Assembly: GCF_009914755.1 (NCBI RefSeq)
Contig: NC_060944.1
Length of the DNA stretch: 64,000 nucleotides
Direction: 5' to 3' (one strand)
Origin: the human T2T-CHM13v2.0 reference genome, Homo sapiens
Under the pieces are notes generated by a model that saw nothing but the letters and a program-made list of their open reading frames with translations, had not been told where the DNA came from and did no database searches. This document shows positions 1 to 13,260 of the stretch, piece by piece; within the stretch, counting starts at the first letter, position 1, and each line of letters opens with the position of its first letter. The translations under genes were made by a program, and so were the position numbers.

Positions 1-1562
1 AAGTTAGGACCCAGTGGGGAGTAGGGACCTTGAGAAATGAGACTGGTCAGAGGCTATGTTCACATCCCAGGCAATGTGGGGCCACTGGTTAGTCCCAGGC
101 CCAAAGCCTGGAATACACTTAAAAAGCAAAAAACAAATTTTCAGCTTAGTTAGGCCTTTGGTTTTTACATTATGTATATAAAAAACCTAGGTGAACAAAC
201 TAGATTTAATAATGACTCATAAAAAACATATGAGGTATTGCACATATGTGAATTTTCCAATAACTGAACCCCACCCCTTTAAACCTAGGGATTATTCATT
301 TTTAACATTTTTTATATAAAACATCTCTAATACAAAATATATCCTTCTGCCTACCTGACAAATAATTATTGAGTTCGGGCACAGCACTGTACACTGAATG
401 AGACAGGAAACTTGGTTTCTAGAGGCTCCAGAGCAGTAAGCCTTCTTAAAGTCAACACACATATAACTTAAGTCCTGTGTTGACGATGCGCAGCCTGCCC
501 TTATACCAAATATCCCTGGTTTGCTGCCAGTGCGATTCTTTGCCATTGCCTCACTCTCTATCAGTTCTAATTATTGCCCAGAAATGAGATGTCAAGCAGT
601 CACCTTTATCCACCATGATTTACTGGCCTAAAAAATGACTTCAGAAAAAATTTGATAAACAATTTTTTCTTTCGTAGTCAGTAATAGAAATTGACAAATA
701 GTTGAGTTGTATATTAGTGTACAATGCAGAGCTCATGAGTATTGTGCCAACCACTCCCCTGGTCATCTTGCTGTACAAACATCACTTGAAGAAATACCTC
801 CAGATGGAATAATGAACCCATGTTCATTTCACATTGCAAAACTTACGAGTTCAAATATGTTTCCTCATTCAACGATTTAAAGCAAGGAGCCAGCCATTAA
901 AAACCAAAACAAAAACCGCAGATTATCCCTTCCCTTTAAAAGCAGTTTTAAGAAAAATAGAATGTCTCTGTTTTCTACAGACAAAATAAGATGACATGAT
1001 AAGAAACAGACTTCAAGCACTGTGGTGGTTGATGTTTCAAACTATTTTCTTCCTTCTCAGGATAAAATGTGGCTTTCGAGACTCATAGAATACAGCAGTT
1101 GCCCTTATTTTAGGTTTCTCTGCTTAGAGACACTGTCATTTGCAGTGTGGGACAAGAAGCATACCGCATCAGTGGTGTATAACTACAACTTCAAGGTTTT
1201 AACCCAACATTTTAGAATACCCTGTCCCCCACCAGCTGCAGTAACATTTAATTAGTAAGACATTAGTATAGGAGTGTCCTCCCTAGTAGGTAAGGAATAT
1301 TTGCTACCTAGAATATCAGACACTGGTTGGTGAGAAGGCCCCTCCTTGCCCAAGACTCAGAAGTTTTGTAAAAGTCAGGATGCCAATGCTGAGGACATAT
1401 TTAAAGCATATTCCTTTCCTTTGATACCTGGTATTTCCCTATAGTTTCTAAGTTTCTACAACAACTCAGTCAAGACCCGGACTGACTAATGGTAACAGTT
1501 TTAAAAATCCAAATAAACTGGAAATAATTCAATAGGTACAGTGAGGTATATATGTATATAAT

Positions 1563-1946
1563 TACAAATCCATAATCTCTTATGGACCATTTCAAAATCC
1601 AAAAGATTATAGGAAAACTGAAGTTCTTCTGTGTAAGTCATTAGTGGACAGAACCTAATCTGAATTCATATGCCTGCAACACCCGAATAAGGCTATCTTG
1701 TGTGTAGATATTCCACTAATGGTACATATTCTTATCTTAAGCTATAGAAATAATAACTTGCTTAGTTGGGGCCGGGAGGAGAAGGCGCTGCCCAGGCCAC
1801 TGGAAGTGTTATGTTAAGATTGTCTTGATGTTCTAATTTATTTGCTTCATTGTACATCAACGCACCACATTGTCATTCTAAAATCTGAAAATGCCTGATT
1901 CCAAAGCACATCTAGTAAAGATCACTGTAGAAGCGATGTGGACCTG
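1563..1946. mobile_element. Possible Tigger-like DNA transposon fossil
   Basis: Degenerate terminal inverted repeats (tacaaatccataatc ... gatgtggacctgt); family not determined. Confidence 0.4.
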
Positions 1947-3597
1947 TGTCAACACCAATTTCCACCCAATATGATTATTATGCAAAAATATATTTGTCTG
2001 AAAAGAGCCTGTTTGACTTTAAGTATATAAGCATCAGTAATAAATGTGGATTATTTTACATGCAAATGCTCATATTTCAACATTCTGAAATATTATTCAT
2101 TCTGACCACTTTACAGCACCAGCTTGTTCTGCACACCAGATAAACAACACATACTGCTATTAGATGGCTCAGGAAACTCAGTATTTGGCAATCTCAATTG
2201 AGGAGTCTGAGGCCTCCAGTCATTGTTCTTGCTAAGATGCTGCCAAACTGGGTAAAAAGCTACTTGTACCAGCAATTTTAACCAGTTTATGTGGTATTAG
2301 GCAGAATTAAAATAATACTACACACTGCCTACTAGACACATAGTTTCACAACACAAATGCAAATTAATTTTCACACATAGTCCTAATAAGTTTATTCATG
2401 CTGTGAAGAGCCTACTAATCTTCAGACATTCTAAAGTGCTATCTAAAGAAAATTAGCATAGTTTTCATACAAATGATATAAACAAAATTGAAGAAGGATT
2501 ATATGTAGCACAGATAAAAAATACTGCATGCAGTTATTTCTCATTGTCAGCCATTCCTACGGTACCATGGAGCACCACAAATCCCCATGATGTCTCTTTG
2601 GATTATACCTTACATTTAAATTTTTATTTTTACTTTAATTTAAAAACACAAGCTGAAAGTCTCAATTAAGCAGAAATGCAATGGAGAACTCTCTAAAATT
2701 TAAAGGAAAACTTTCTTTGTGTATTTGAAATATTTAAAGATAAAGGCACTATCTTAAAGTAATGATTTACACATTTGGTTCAATTGACATATACACTTTT
2801 TTAAATTAAGAACATATAACTTCAAATAATTCAGTTTCTATAACAGTCAATTCAATTTTAATAATTGAATAATCCTAAATGAAATTTAGGATTTAGAATT
2901 TTGGAATATCCACTAATCATGTTGCATTCTTTCAGGTTCCACAACTTTGTACATATTGATCTCCCACCCAGAAAACCCTTTCCAAACTGCACCTGTTCAT
3001 CTTTCAAGGCTCAGATCAAAGTTACCTCTCTTGAAGCCTTCCTCAATTCCTCTGAACAGAATTATTCAACTTTTCTTTTTTGTTATCATCATACTTCTTT
3101 CATAGAGACAATTTTGCTGTAATTATTTTTCTCATCTATCCCCTGACTGGGCAAAAGGCCTATACAATACAAGAATGGTGATATATTCTTAGTTTCTGTC
3201 CCAGAACTTTGCACACAAATGTCTCTCCCTCAACAAATATTTGAATGAATGAATGATCAAACAGAGTTAGATTCCATCATAAGGTCACACTCTCCACAAA
3301 TACAATCATCTGGTAAGTAAGAAATCTTGTAGGACATGCTAGACTCTTGTACGGCAGGGGATTGAAGGAGACACTGTTTAAAACGGAAGGCAGAATTCAC
3401 GATTGATTTCCCAGAATTACTCCAGCTGTGCTGTGTATATTCAAGTGGGATGAGATGTTAGAGGTTAAAAGCTGGACAGAAAAGGCAGCTGTGGTAATTT
3501 GCTTTATTTCAAGTTTCCTCTCAATGCCACATCCTAAAGCATTCAAAGAGAATAATTTTCAGTCAATGATACAGGCTTAAAGAACAAGAATTCTCTT

Positions 3598-4020
<423 letters not shown>

Positions 4021-4217
4021 AGCACACAGAGGAAGAGAGAGACATATTTGTCTCCAAAGTCAGGGTTGAACTTGTCTTGGTTTTCATTACCATAATACCA
4101 TACCCTTATTAATATTCCTTTCTATAAGCTATCTTGATGATATCAATTATATAAAACATTACTGAAAATTCAACTGGAAGAAATTCATATTACTAAAAAA
4201 TTTTTAATTGTTCTTAC

Positions 4218-4275
4218 CTATACTCTGGTAATGCCATCGAAAGAAAATTCGTTCAGGTAGAAACTGCAGTATTTT
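4218..4275 (-). CDS. RALGAPA2: RALGAPA2 coding exon 4 (58 nt, KILQFLPERIFFRWHYQSI + first base of G)
   Basis: Acceptor tttaatag|AAA, donor G|gtaaga; in frame with exon 3. Gene continues beyond window start. Confidence 0.95.
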
Positions 4276-4844
4276 CTATTAAAAAAAGATATAAAGAAAA
4301 TAAACAACAAATGAAATTACACATTTTCATGACAGGCCCATATTACTCACTGTAGGTAAGTTCTAGAAGAGGAAAAGGAAACTATGTACAATAACATAAA
4401 TACTGCACTTCATGCTGTATTCCTATGAGATAGTTTCTTTCACTTGCCCCAGGCAAGCTTTCTTACCTGAATGTTTTAAAGAGATCACTGTCCCAAGTTT
4501 AATTCCCTCCAAAAGAAAACAAGAAAAAACCTAAAATGTTATTTTTATCTTAATTAAATAATAGCCATTTCTTAAATATTAAAATAAAAATTTCCCAAAT
4601 GACAGATTCCCCAGGTTTCTTCTTTTTCACCATCTCCTTCCCATTTTCATTATAATCACTATTAGTCTCTGGACAAAGAACAGGATTGGGAAGAAAAGTG
4701 AAAACAAAGAGAATGAGACTGTAAACAACTCAGTGAGACAAGAAAATGAAATTGGTGGCAAGAATTTCATGAAATTAATGGCCAAAAAAACTAATAAGTT
4801 TTAGAATTATAGTTAAGAATATCCCCAAACTTTTACAAATTTGA

Positions 4845-5755
4845 CTTTTGTAGATTCCATATATATGAGATCATGTAGTATCTTTTTTTTCTTTGAGACA
4901 AAGTCTCACTCTGTCGCCCAGGCTGGTGTGCACTGGCGTGATTTCAGCTCACTGCAACCTCTGCCTCCACGGTTCAAGTGATTCTCCTGCCTGAGTCTCC
5001 CAAGTAGCTGGGATTACAGGTGCTTGCCATTACACTCGGCTAATATTTGTATTTTTAATAGAGATGGGGGTTTCACCATGTTGGCCAGGCTGGTCTCGAA
5101 CTCCTGACCTCAGGTGATTCACCCACCTCAGCCTCCCAAAGTGCTTGGATTACAGGCGTGGGCCACCACGTCCAGCCCCATGCAGTATCTTTCTGTGCCT
5201 GGCTTATTTCACTTGGCAACAATGTCCTCCAGGTTCAACCATGTTGTCACAAATCACAGCATTTCCTTTTATAAGGCTGAATAGTATTTCACTGTGTATT
5301 CATACCACATTTTCTATATCCATTCATTCACTGATGGACACTTAGGTTGTTTCCATATCTCAACTACAGTGAATAATGCTGCAATAAACATGGGAGTGCA
5401 GATATCTCTTCTGCATACTGATTTTAATTCCTTGGGACATAAAGCCAGAAGTGGGATTGCTGGGGCATATGGTAATTTTATTTCTAGTTTTTTTGAGGAA
5501 CTTCCATATTATTCTCCATAACGGCTGCACTAATTTACACTCCCACCAACAGTATACCAGCATTTCCTTTTCTCTACATCCTCACCAACACTTGTTACCT
5601 GTCATCTTTTTGATAATAGTAATTCTAACAGGTGTGAGATGACATCTCATTGTGATCTTAATTTGCATTTTCCTGATGATTAGTGATGTCAAACGTTTTT
5701 TCATAAACTTGTTGGCCAAATGTATCTATGTATTCTTTTGAGAAAGTCTATTCAA
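4845..5755 (-). mobile_element. L1 (L1MA/MB-like) 3' fragment interrupted by an Alu
   Basis: Typical L1 ORF2 C-terminus/3' UTR in reverse (ggacacttaggttgtttccatatc, tcccaccaacagt, gatgacatctcattgtg). Confidence 0.88.
4883..5178 (-). mobile_element. AluS, antisense, inside L1
   Basis: Alu reverse complement; TSD catgtagtatct / catgcagtatct. Confidence 0.96.
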
Positions 5756-6059
5756 GTCACCTTATCTTTCAAGCCCATAACTCTCAAAGGTATCTCATAT
5801 CTAATGTTACTACACGATAATTCTGACAAACACTCAAACACACCCACATGCATTCCAAATCCCATTTAGTGAAAAATACCTACACACCAGACAACAGACT
5901 TCACTCTTGAAAAATAAAATAAATATAAATAAAATATGTAATCCTTCCAAGATTTCATGAATAGTGGGCAAGAGAGATGATAAAGAAAAGAATATCAGTT
6001 AGCAAAAAAAAATTTTTTAAATAAAAAAAAAAACCTTGACAGACGTTTGCACGAAATAT

Positions 6060-6950
6060 TACAGACGTAAGGGGGAAAGAGCTTCACCTCAGCAGGGGCT
6101 TCATGGAATGCTTCCTGGAAATGAGGACACTTGAGCTGAGACTTAGAAGATGAATTAAATTCGCCTAGTGGATAGGGACAGAAGGAATGCCATGGGAGAA
6201 TGTTAGAAGGCCAACACAGCTTGGTGCCTTACAGGAACCACAGCAGCAGGAGGGTCAGTTTGGCTGGTAGGCAGTGAGAAGGGGAGGAGATGGGCCTGGA
6301 GAGGCAGGCGAGGCTGGGGGCTTAATGTCCTCATGGGAGCAGTGTGGTCCCTGAATGGGTTCCAGCTGGAGGTGAACTGGAGGCAGCTGAGAGGGGAGGT
6401 AGACACAGTCACTAAAGAGAGGCAATGGTAGCATTTCAGAGGAGAAATAAGAAGGCCTGGATCAAGGCCGGCCAGGTAAAGAGAACATATAATAGTGATA
6501 TGCAGGAGATAAAATTGTCAGGATAAGTGGGTAGAGGGGCTGTAGTAAATGGAGGTCTCCATGGCTCCCAGTGGCTTTGTAGATGGCAACACCTTTATCC
6601 AAGAGATCAAATCCAGATGCAATCTTAGACCCGAGGAGAATAAGCTGTCAAGTTTGATTCTGGACATCCTGCCATTTGAGGTGTCAAGGGATGACCTTAC
6701 TGGAAATGTTCTTCTAGGCAAATGTGTAAATGGGTCTGGAGTACAGAGGCAGGATTTGGACGGTAACAGATATGGGCAGCAGCTGAAGCTGTGTGTACAT
6801 GAGAGCTCTCTTTTGAGAGAGTTTAAAATACGACAAGATGAAGCTCTGGAGGTATCCGTGAGCTGAGGGAGCTCTGCTAAGAAGGTAAAATGAAGGTAAA
6901 GCAAAAGCCAGAGGCTAATGTGCTCGAATCCAAGGAGAAATCTTTGATAT
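6060..6950 (-). mobile_element. L2 fragment (old LINE)
   Basis: Purine-rich degenerate L2 pattern (gacacttgagctgagacttagaagatgaa, agtttgattctggacatcctgccatttgagg). Confidence 0.65.
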
Positions 6951-7769
6951 GCCAGCTATTTGTATGCTTACTTATTATAAAGATTAGAAACATTTACGAG
7001 TATTTATATGCACAACTAGTTCTAAAAAGTTAAACATATTAGAAAATGTGGGGAAATTGATGTCACATAACAGAATGACTTCAATATTAAATAAAGTGAG
7101 CTCAATATTAATCTCTTGCCTTGAGAACACACAACCTTTGTAAGCCAGACACCAAATGCCAGGCATGACAGATCCATCTATAAATTGTACAGAAGTAAAC
7201 TGGCTGTTTCAAGGGAAAAAAAATCAAAATAAGTCTTCCCCTTGCAATATGCTCTAACATTAATTTTAGATGGATAACACAAAAAAGGAGCTAAATATAA
7301 AAACTGGGTTGTTATGTTATGTCAAGTTACATTACATTAAAAGGGAATCAGAATAAGTAAAACAGCTCTCTACAGAATATCTTAATAAGAACCCACGTGA
7401 GCATTGTCTTACCAACAGAACCTAAACTCAAACATCCCCATGGGCACATAGGATCAAGAACCCAAGCTGGTTTACAACCTACAGGAAAAAATCACAAGCA
7501 AAGAGATTAGAACAAGAAATGCAAAGACTCTGGAACTGAGAATAAGAATGAGGGTCTCAGGAGTTAGGCTGCCAGGCCAAATGAGCAACTCTAGGGCCAC
7601 AAACACAATCTGGAGATGGCCTGGGGATCACCAGATGCGAGAGATGAAGACAAGCCTGCACCTGCATCTAAGTTAGATCCTCTGGTTCTTTAACTCAAAC
7701 TTTCTCTTAACAGAAAAATTTACTATAGACCCCAATTTGGTATCTTTGATAAAAAATTAATGATAATAG

Positions 7770-8160
7770 CAAGGTGAGTTTTCTGGAAAACATGCTGCAA
7801 TGGAGGAGATAGGAGTACAAATGGCCTACTGAGGACTAACACCTGTGAAAGGGAAAAGACGGCAGCAAGATTAGACAGGGGAGCCTCAGACCACGAGGCA
7901 GAGCTGACAAATCTCTGCCAGCCTAGCGGAAGCTCCAGAGCAAAGATGAGAGGAGTCCAGTGTGACCAGAAATGGCGAGGCCCTTGTACTACTGCCTCTG
8001 GCAGTTACTGGCTTGGGGCCATGATGCAAAGAGTATGACCAAGGATGGAAAGCCGAAGGTGTGAAGAGCTGGAAACCATCAGCTAACGCCACTTTTGTAG
8101 CTGGGCAGCACATTCTTTCTTGAAGGGGAATATGTACAGTCCATCTCTATGTGTGCCACA
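7770..8160. mobile_element. Old MLT1-type (MaLR) LTR
   Basis: aacacctgtgaaaggg...cagaccacg...gcagagctgacaaatctctgccagcc...agctccagagcaaag pattern. Confidence 0.6.
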
Positions 8161-10373
8161 ATAATCTTCAAATTATTAATTAGAATATTCTCATCACATT
8201 GGAAAGCTGAAGTTCTAAGAGACGGGCCCCCTACTTGAGAGACATGGCTTCTCTACTGGCAGTTTCTCAACAGCTGGCTGCTACCTCACGTTGATGGAAA
8301 CCTGGTCCCAGTGAGTTCTCCCCATGCTTTCTGTGCTTCCTTCCATGCAGTTCACAGTGCCTGGGCAAACGGCACAGCAGTAACTTGGTGTCCTATTATC
8401 TCACGCATTCTCCTTTAAGGGACCTGGCAGCCCAGCTACATCCCAGGATCATATTCTGATCCCATCTTGCCACTTAAACATTTCATATAGGAAATGCTGA
8501 GAAAAGTAAAGATTCAGAATAGATCTTAGATTAGATGAATGCTTGACATACCCACTGTTCTTCAGGTCTTTAATTTGGTCAGGAAACTAATTTGGCAGTG
8601 AAAATCATGCTTTTTAGTTTTCCAAAATACATATTGGTCTTCTTGATTTCATTTTCTTTTGTTAGCACACAACAAAGAAAAACACAGAATACAGCAAGAC
8701 GATGTGTATCTACATGCTTAGATACTGTCAGTCTGCCACAAAAGTAATTTCCAGCTTATTCTGAGGTCAAGCCTATCATTATCACCACTTCTGGGTAAGT
8801 TTTCAGATTCACAAAATGGATGGACTTTAAAAACACTCAAAAAGGCTTGGATATGAAATGCATGCCCAGTATCTGAGCTACTAAGAATATTCCCAAATAG
8901 ACAAAATCTTACACAACAAGTCAAAGGCTGAAACATTACCCACACTGATGCTTTTTGTACCCAAATATTGCAAGAGCCATTGTTTAAAGTCTATGAGGTC
9001 AATAAAAATAAAGCCCAACACAACTATCTATGTCCAAATGCTAAGCCTGTCCCTCAGAAAGCCCTAGATGAAGGCTACCTTTACTGGGACAAATACAATC
9101 TGGCATTTCTTCTACTGCAGCCAATATTCTAAGCTATACTGCTGTGAATGCCACATAAGCTACTGACATCTTGTTTGTAGTTTCACTGGAAAGTAAAATA
9201 AGAAAAAAAAATCAAGAAAGCCACACAGTGTGAATAAATATTACTTTTCTGAAAAACACACAGCTCTATTTAATGCTCAGTGCTCAGCTGCATCTATATG
9301 GTAATCCATTATAGTACACTCGAAATCGAAATTAGGTATTACTACTGATCAGCACATCAGGGAATCTGTCATTCTTTTAACTGATTATCCATAGTTCTTT
9401 TTTCTTCAGAACCTACTGCATGACCAGGAATAATGTGAAATGTAAGCTGGAGTCTACACAAGATGCTATAGTCTACTTTATAACTGCTGGTCTTCTGATT
9501 TGTGTGGGAAATATTTTTAAATTATTATCAGATGACTGCAACATGTCCCAGTGGATTCACACTTGATTTCAATTCCACTTAGAAAGCTAGGACAGTGAAG
9601 AATGAAGAAAATACTACATACTAACTCATGGGAAGGTAATCAACTACAATAATGACCAACTAACATGTTACATCTGAAAGCAGAGTGTGGGGAGCAACCC
9701 TTCCCCAAACTAGCTGCAGGACAGAAGAGCTCTGGGTAAAGAAAATGCTGACCGAGAAGAAAACAGATTTGGTTTAAAAGAACAGAGGTCTTAGTTACTT
9801 GACCTTTTGAATAATAAATATGCAGAAAACTTATGATGAGAACTGGACTGTTCGGTTTAAAGAAAACATTCTGTGAATGCCTGTGCTACAAGTATAGTCT
9901 GATTTCAGAGGGACCCACGTGCATAGCAGCCCAGCTGCATAGATGCTTCCAGGGAGACCCATAGAGAGGGCAACTTGATCATTTGCTGTCTTAGGCCTGG
10001 ACACTCATCTCTTACTACAATGACTCAACTCTTTCATGAAGACAGAATATTTGCCTTGAACACTTTCTCATTAACATTATAACAAAATGTTATTTGAGGA
10101 CCTGCTATACGTTTAAAGTTAAAAGAAAGTTATTCTAGAACTGAAAGTCCATCAGCCACATACCTCCCTTCTTCAATATATCCTACACAATTCATATTCC
10201 AGAAAATATACAGATTAATCAAAATAATCCGAAAACAAGGGTGTGGGGTTCTAAACACTGTGACAGTGAGCTATATTTACATAATTGGAGTTAATATGAC
10301 TATAAAAAAGAGTATATTCCTAAAACAACTAACATAAGACAACATCCTAAAAATATTATAATAAAATAATCTG

Positions 10374-11752
10374 AATGGCAACAGCAGCAGCGAGAGGATG
10401 AACAAGTTATACACCTTGAAAGATGATGACACTGGGGACCATGCTCAGAATGAAGAAAACAGCACACAGAAAGATGGAGAGAAGGAAAAAACAGAACAAG
10501 ACAAGAATCAGAGCAGCAGCAAGAGGAAAGCTATTGTCCCTGGACCAGCAGAGCATCCCCTACAGTACAACTACACTTTCTGGTATTCCAGGAGAACCCC
10601 TAGCCATCTCACCAGCTTACAGAGCTACAAAGAGAATATCAAACAGATTGGCTGGGTGCAGTGGCTCATGCCTGTAATCCTAGCACTTTGGGAGGCTGAG
10701 GTGGGCTGAATACTTTGAGGCCAGAAGTTCGAGACCAGCCTGGCCAACGTGGTGAAACCCAGTCTCTACTAAAAATACAAAAATTAGCCGGGGGCCGTGA
10801 TGGCGCACACCTGTAATTTCAGCTACTCTCACTTAAGCCTGGGAGGCGGAGGTTGCGGTAAGCTGATATTGCACCACCGCACTCCAGCCTGGGCAACAGA
10901 GCAAGACTCTGTCTTGGAAAAAAAAAAAAAAAGACTATCAAACATATTGATACCTTTGCCTCTGTGAGTTCTCAATGATTTAATGGAGCCCTGACAGTTC
11001 ACTCATGCCTGTATTTATATCGTGATGTTTATTTACCTTCCTGGTAACCTATTTAAAATTCTGGTTTCCTTAGCTGACTGACCTGTCTGAGAGATCAGAT
11101 TTGTTCATTCTTAGGTTTCTCCCTAAACATTCCTAGTTAACATGTAGGTATCAACAAATATGAGAATTGCAGAGTTGATCGGAAGAGCATAATACAAAAG
11201 TACAGGCCTGTTTTTTTTTTTTATTTAAGTAGACATTTATGCAGTCCTTATTAAGCTCAAAGTGCCATGGAGAATACAAAAGCTTATAGTACCTGGCATC
11301 TAACCTCATGAAGTTTGACAGTAAAGTGAAAAGTAAAGCTTGAAAGTTTTGTATTTAAGAACCTCCCATTAAGGTTTTGGCTGTGTTCACGATCATGCAT
11401 AAAATACTTTTTTCCTGTGTTCAGAAGGAAAATGAAATCCCTAATAATTGCTTTTGTGGGTACTGACAGTAGATAGAGCCTAGACTATGTCTCACCTCCC
11501 TCCCAGGTGACTTGGTTTGTGGGTACCCCAAGAATCTGTCTGCAACTAACACCAGTCTTGTTGAACAAAGGTTATTATGTACCTCCTGTGTGCTGTACAG
11601 TTGATCTTTAGGCAGAACCAAATGCAGGGTCTGTCATTTTCTTGAAATTATTGAGGTATTAGCCCTGTTTAAATGTGTAAAAAAGAAAAGAATACTCTAA
11701 TAGGTAACATTACAATAAACTACTAAAGAGGGAAAAATAATATAAAATTAAT
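10374..11752 (+). pseudogene. EIF4E2P1: EIF4E2 (4EHP) retrocopy, Alu-interrupted, apparently semi-processed
   Basis: ORF from 10398 (MNKLYTLKDDDTGDHAQNEENSTQKDGEKEKTEQDKNQSSSKRKAIVPGPAEHPLQYNYTFWYSRRTP...NIKQIG) is a diverged, intronless copy of EIF4E2 residues ~1-86 and resumes TFAS after the Alu (10952-10963). Homology to 10963 is firm; extension to 11752 is inferred from AATAAA, an A-rich tail and TSD aataatctg. Symbol from recall. Confidence 0.88.
10650..10931 (+). mobile_element. AluS inserted in the EIF4E2 retrocopy
   Basis: Alu consensus with ~20 nt right-arm deletion; TSD agaatatcaaacagatt (10633-10649) / agactatcaaacatatt (10932-10948). Confidence 0.95.
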
Positions 11753-11847
11753 AATAATCTGGGTATAAACTGCTTAAAATAGTTGAGAAGAAGTACAAAA
11801 GACATATGGAGTTAAAGTAAAAGTATAGGGCTATCATCGAATTTTGC

Positions 11848-12147
11848 TTTATTTATTTTTTTTTGAGACAGAGCCTCGCTCTGTTTCCCAGGCTGGAGAG
11901 CAATGGCGCAATCTTGGCTCACTGCAACCTCCACCACCCAGGCTCAAGTGATTCTTGTGCCTCAGCCTCCTGAGTAGCTGGGATTACAGGCGTGTGCCAC
12001 CACATCCAGCTAATTTTTGTATCTTTTAGTAGAGACAGGGTTTCTCCATGTTGGTCAGGCTGGTCTTGAACTCTTGGCCTCAAGTAATCTGCCCACCTCG
12101 GCCTCCCAAAGTGCTGGGATTATAGGTGTGAGTCACTGTGCCTGGCT
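11848..12147 (-). mobile_element. AluS, antisense
   Basis: Alu reverse-complement consensus. Confidence 0.96.
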
Positions 12148-12149
12148 GA

Positions 12150-13260
12150 AATACTGCTTTGTTCTTGATATTAGAAGAAAAACAATGCAAATGATATTGT
12201 TAATTGAAAGATAGTTATTGGAATGAAAATAGAAAGTGCACCTTCCAAATTACAAAGCATATTCCATAAAGCCAAAATCAGTGACCTCTCCCCCAAAAAC
12301 AAAGTTAGAAGAAAAGCTAAAACCAAGTGCAATGGGCATCAGAATACACAGATGTGTACTGGTTACCACACACAAAAAGTAGTAAGTATAAGCAGGTTAA
12401 ATTCCCCTACCGAAGACCAAGTCCATCAGACCCAGCTTTCAAACACAGAAAGACTGACAATAAAATACAGAAAAGGAGGCTCACATGCACACACACCCAC
12501 ACAAAGCAATATTAATATCAAGTAAAAAAGTATTAACAGGACAAAGGGAATTATTTCAAATAGGTTAAATATGTAATTTACGATATACCTATAATACTTA
12601 TGAATCTTTATGCAACAAATAACATAGCATGAAAATAAAACAATGGAGGCATACTCCATTAAAACAACTTTCAGAAACTAAAGGGGAAAAACACTTTTTA
12701 AATGGGGGATATTAACACACACTATCTTTGAGAAATAAAATAGGCAATACAGTATAATATGGAAGACTTGAATGTAGTTATAGCAAGACTGGTTTAACAG
12801 CTATATATCAAACTTCACAGAATCCAACATCTATGAAACATTTACAAAGTTATTATTCTAAGCGATGCAAATAAATCCCTCAAAGTAAGTGTTACACAGG
12901 TCACAAGCAAACTCAATACACTGGGAGTCCACCATCAAGAGTTTAAGCTAAAAAATTCTCAATTATTTGTGGATTTTAAACACTCAAGTTAAAAAAAAAA
13001 AGTAATTCTCAATTACTTGTGGATTTTAACACTCGAGTTAAAAAAACTGATTATATAAACGAAAAATAATCAACATTGTGATTCGCATATAACAAAAACT
13101 GGCCAAAGCTGAAATAAGAGACAAATCCATAGACTTGAATTTCCTACAATGCAAGAACTAAGTTTTAAACTCAAAAAATAGAAATAAAAAAGTTTTATTA
13201 AGGAAGAAATCAATAAAAATAAAAGCAAAAATGACTTACATAATGAAATTATCACCAAGT
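12150..13260 (+). mobile_element. Highly degenerate old L1 (L1M) remnant
   Basis: A-rich strand bias with L1 ORF2-like remnants (ggacaaagggaattatttc, aatgggggatattaacacac). Confidence 0.5.
12954..13046. repeat. ~50-bp tandem duplication
   Basis: aattctcaatta(t/c)ttgtggattttaa(a)cactc(a/g)agttaaaaaaa twice. Confidence 0.9.
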
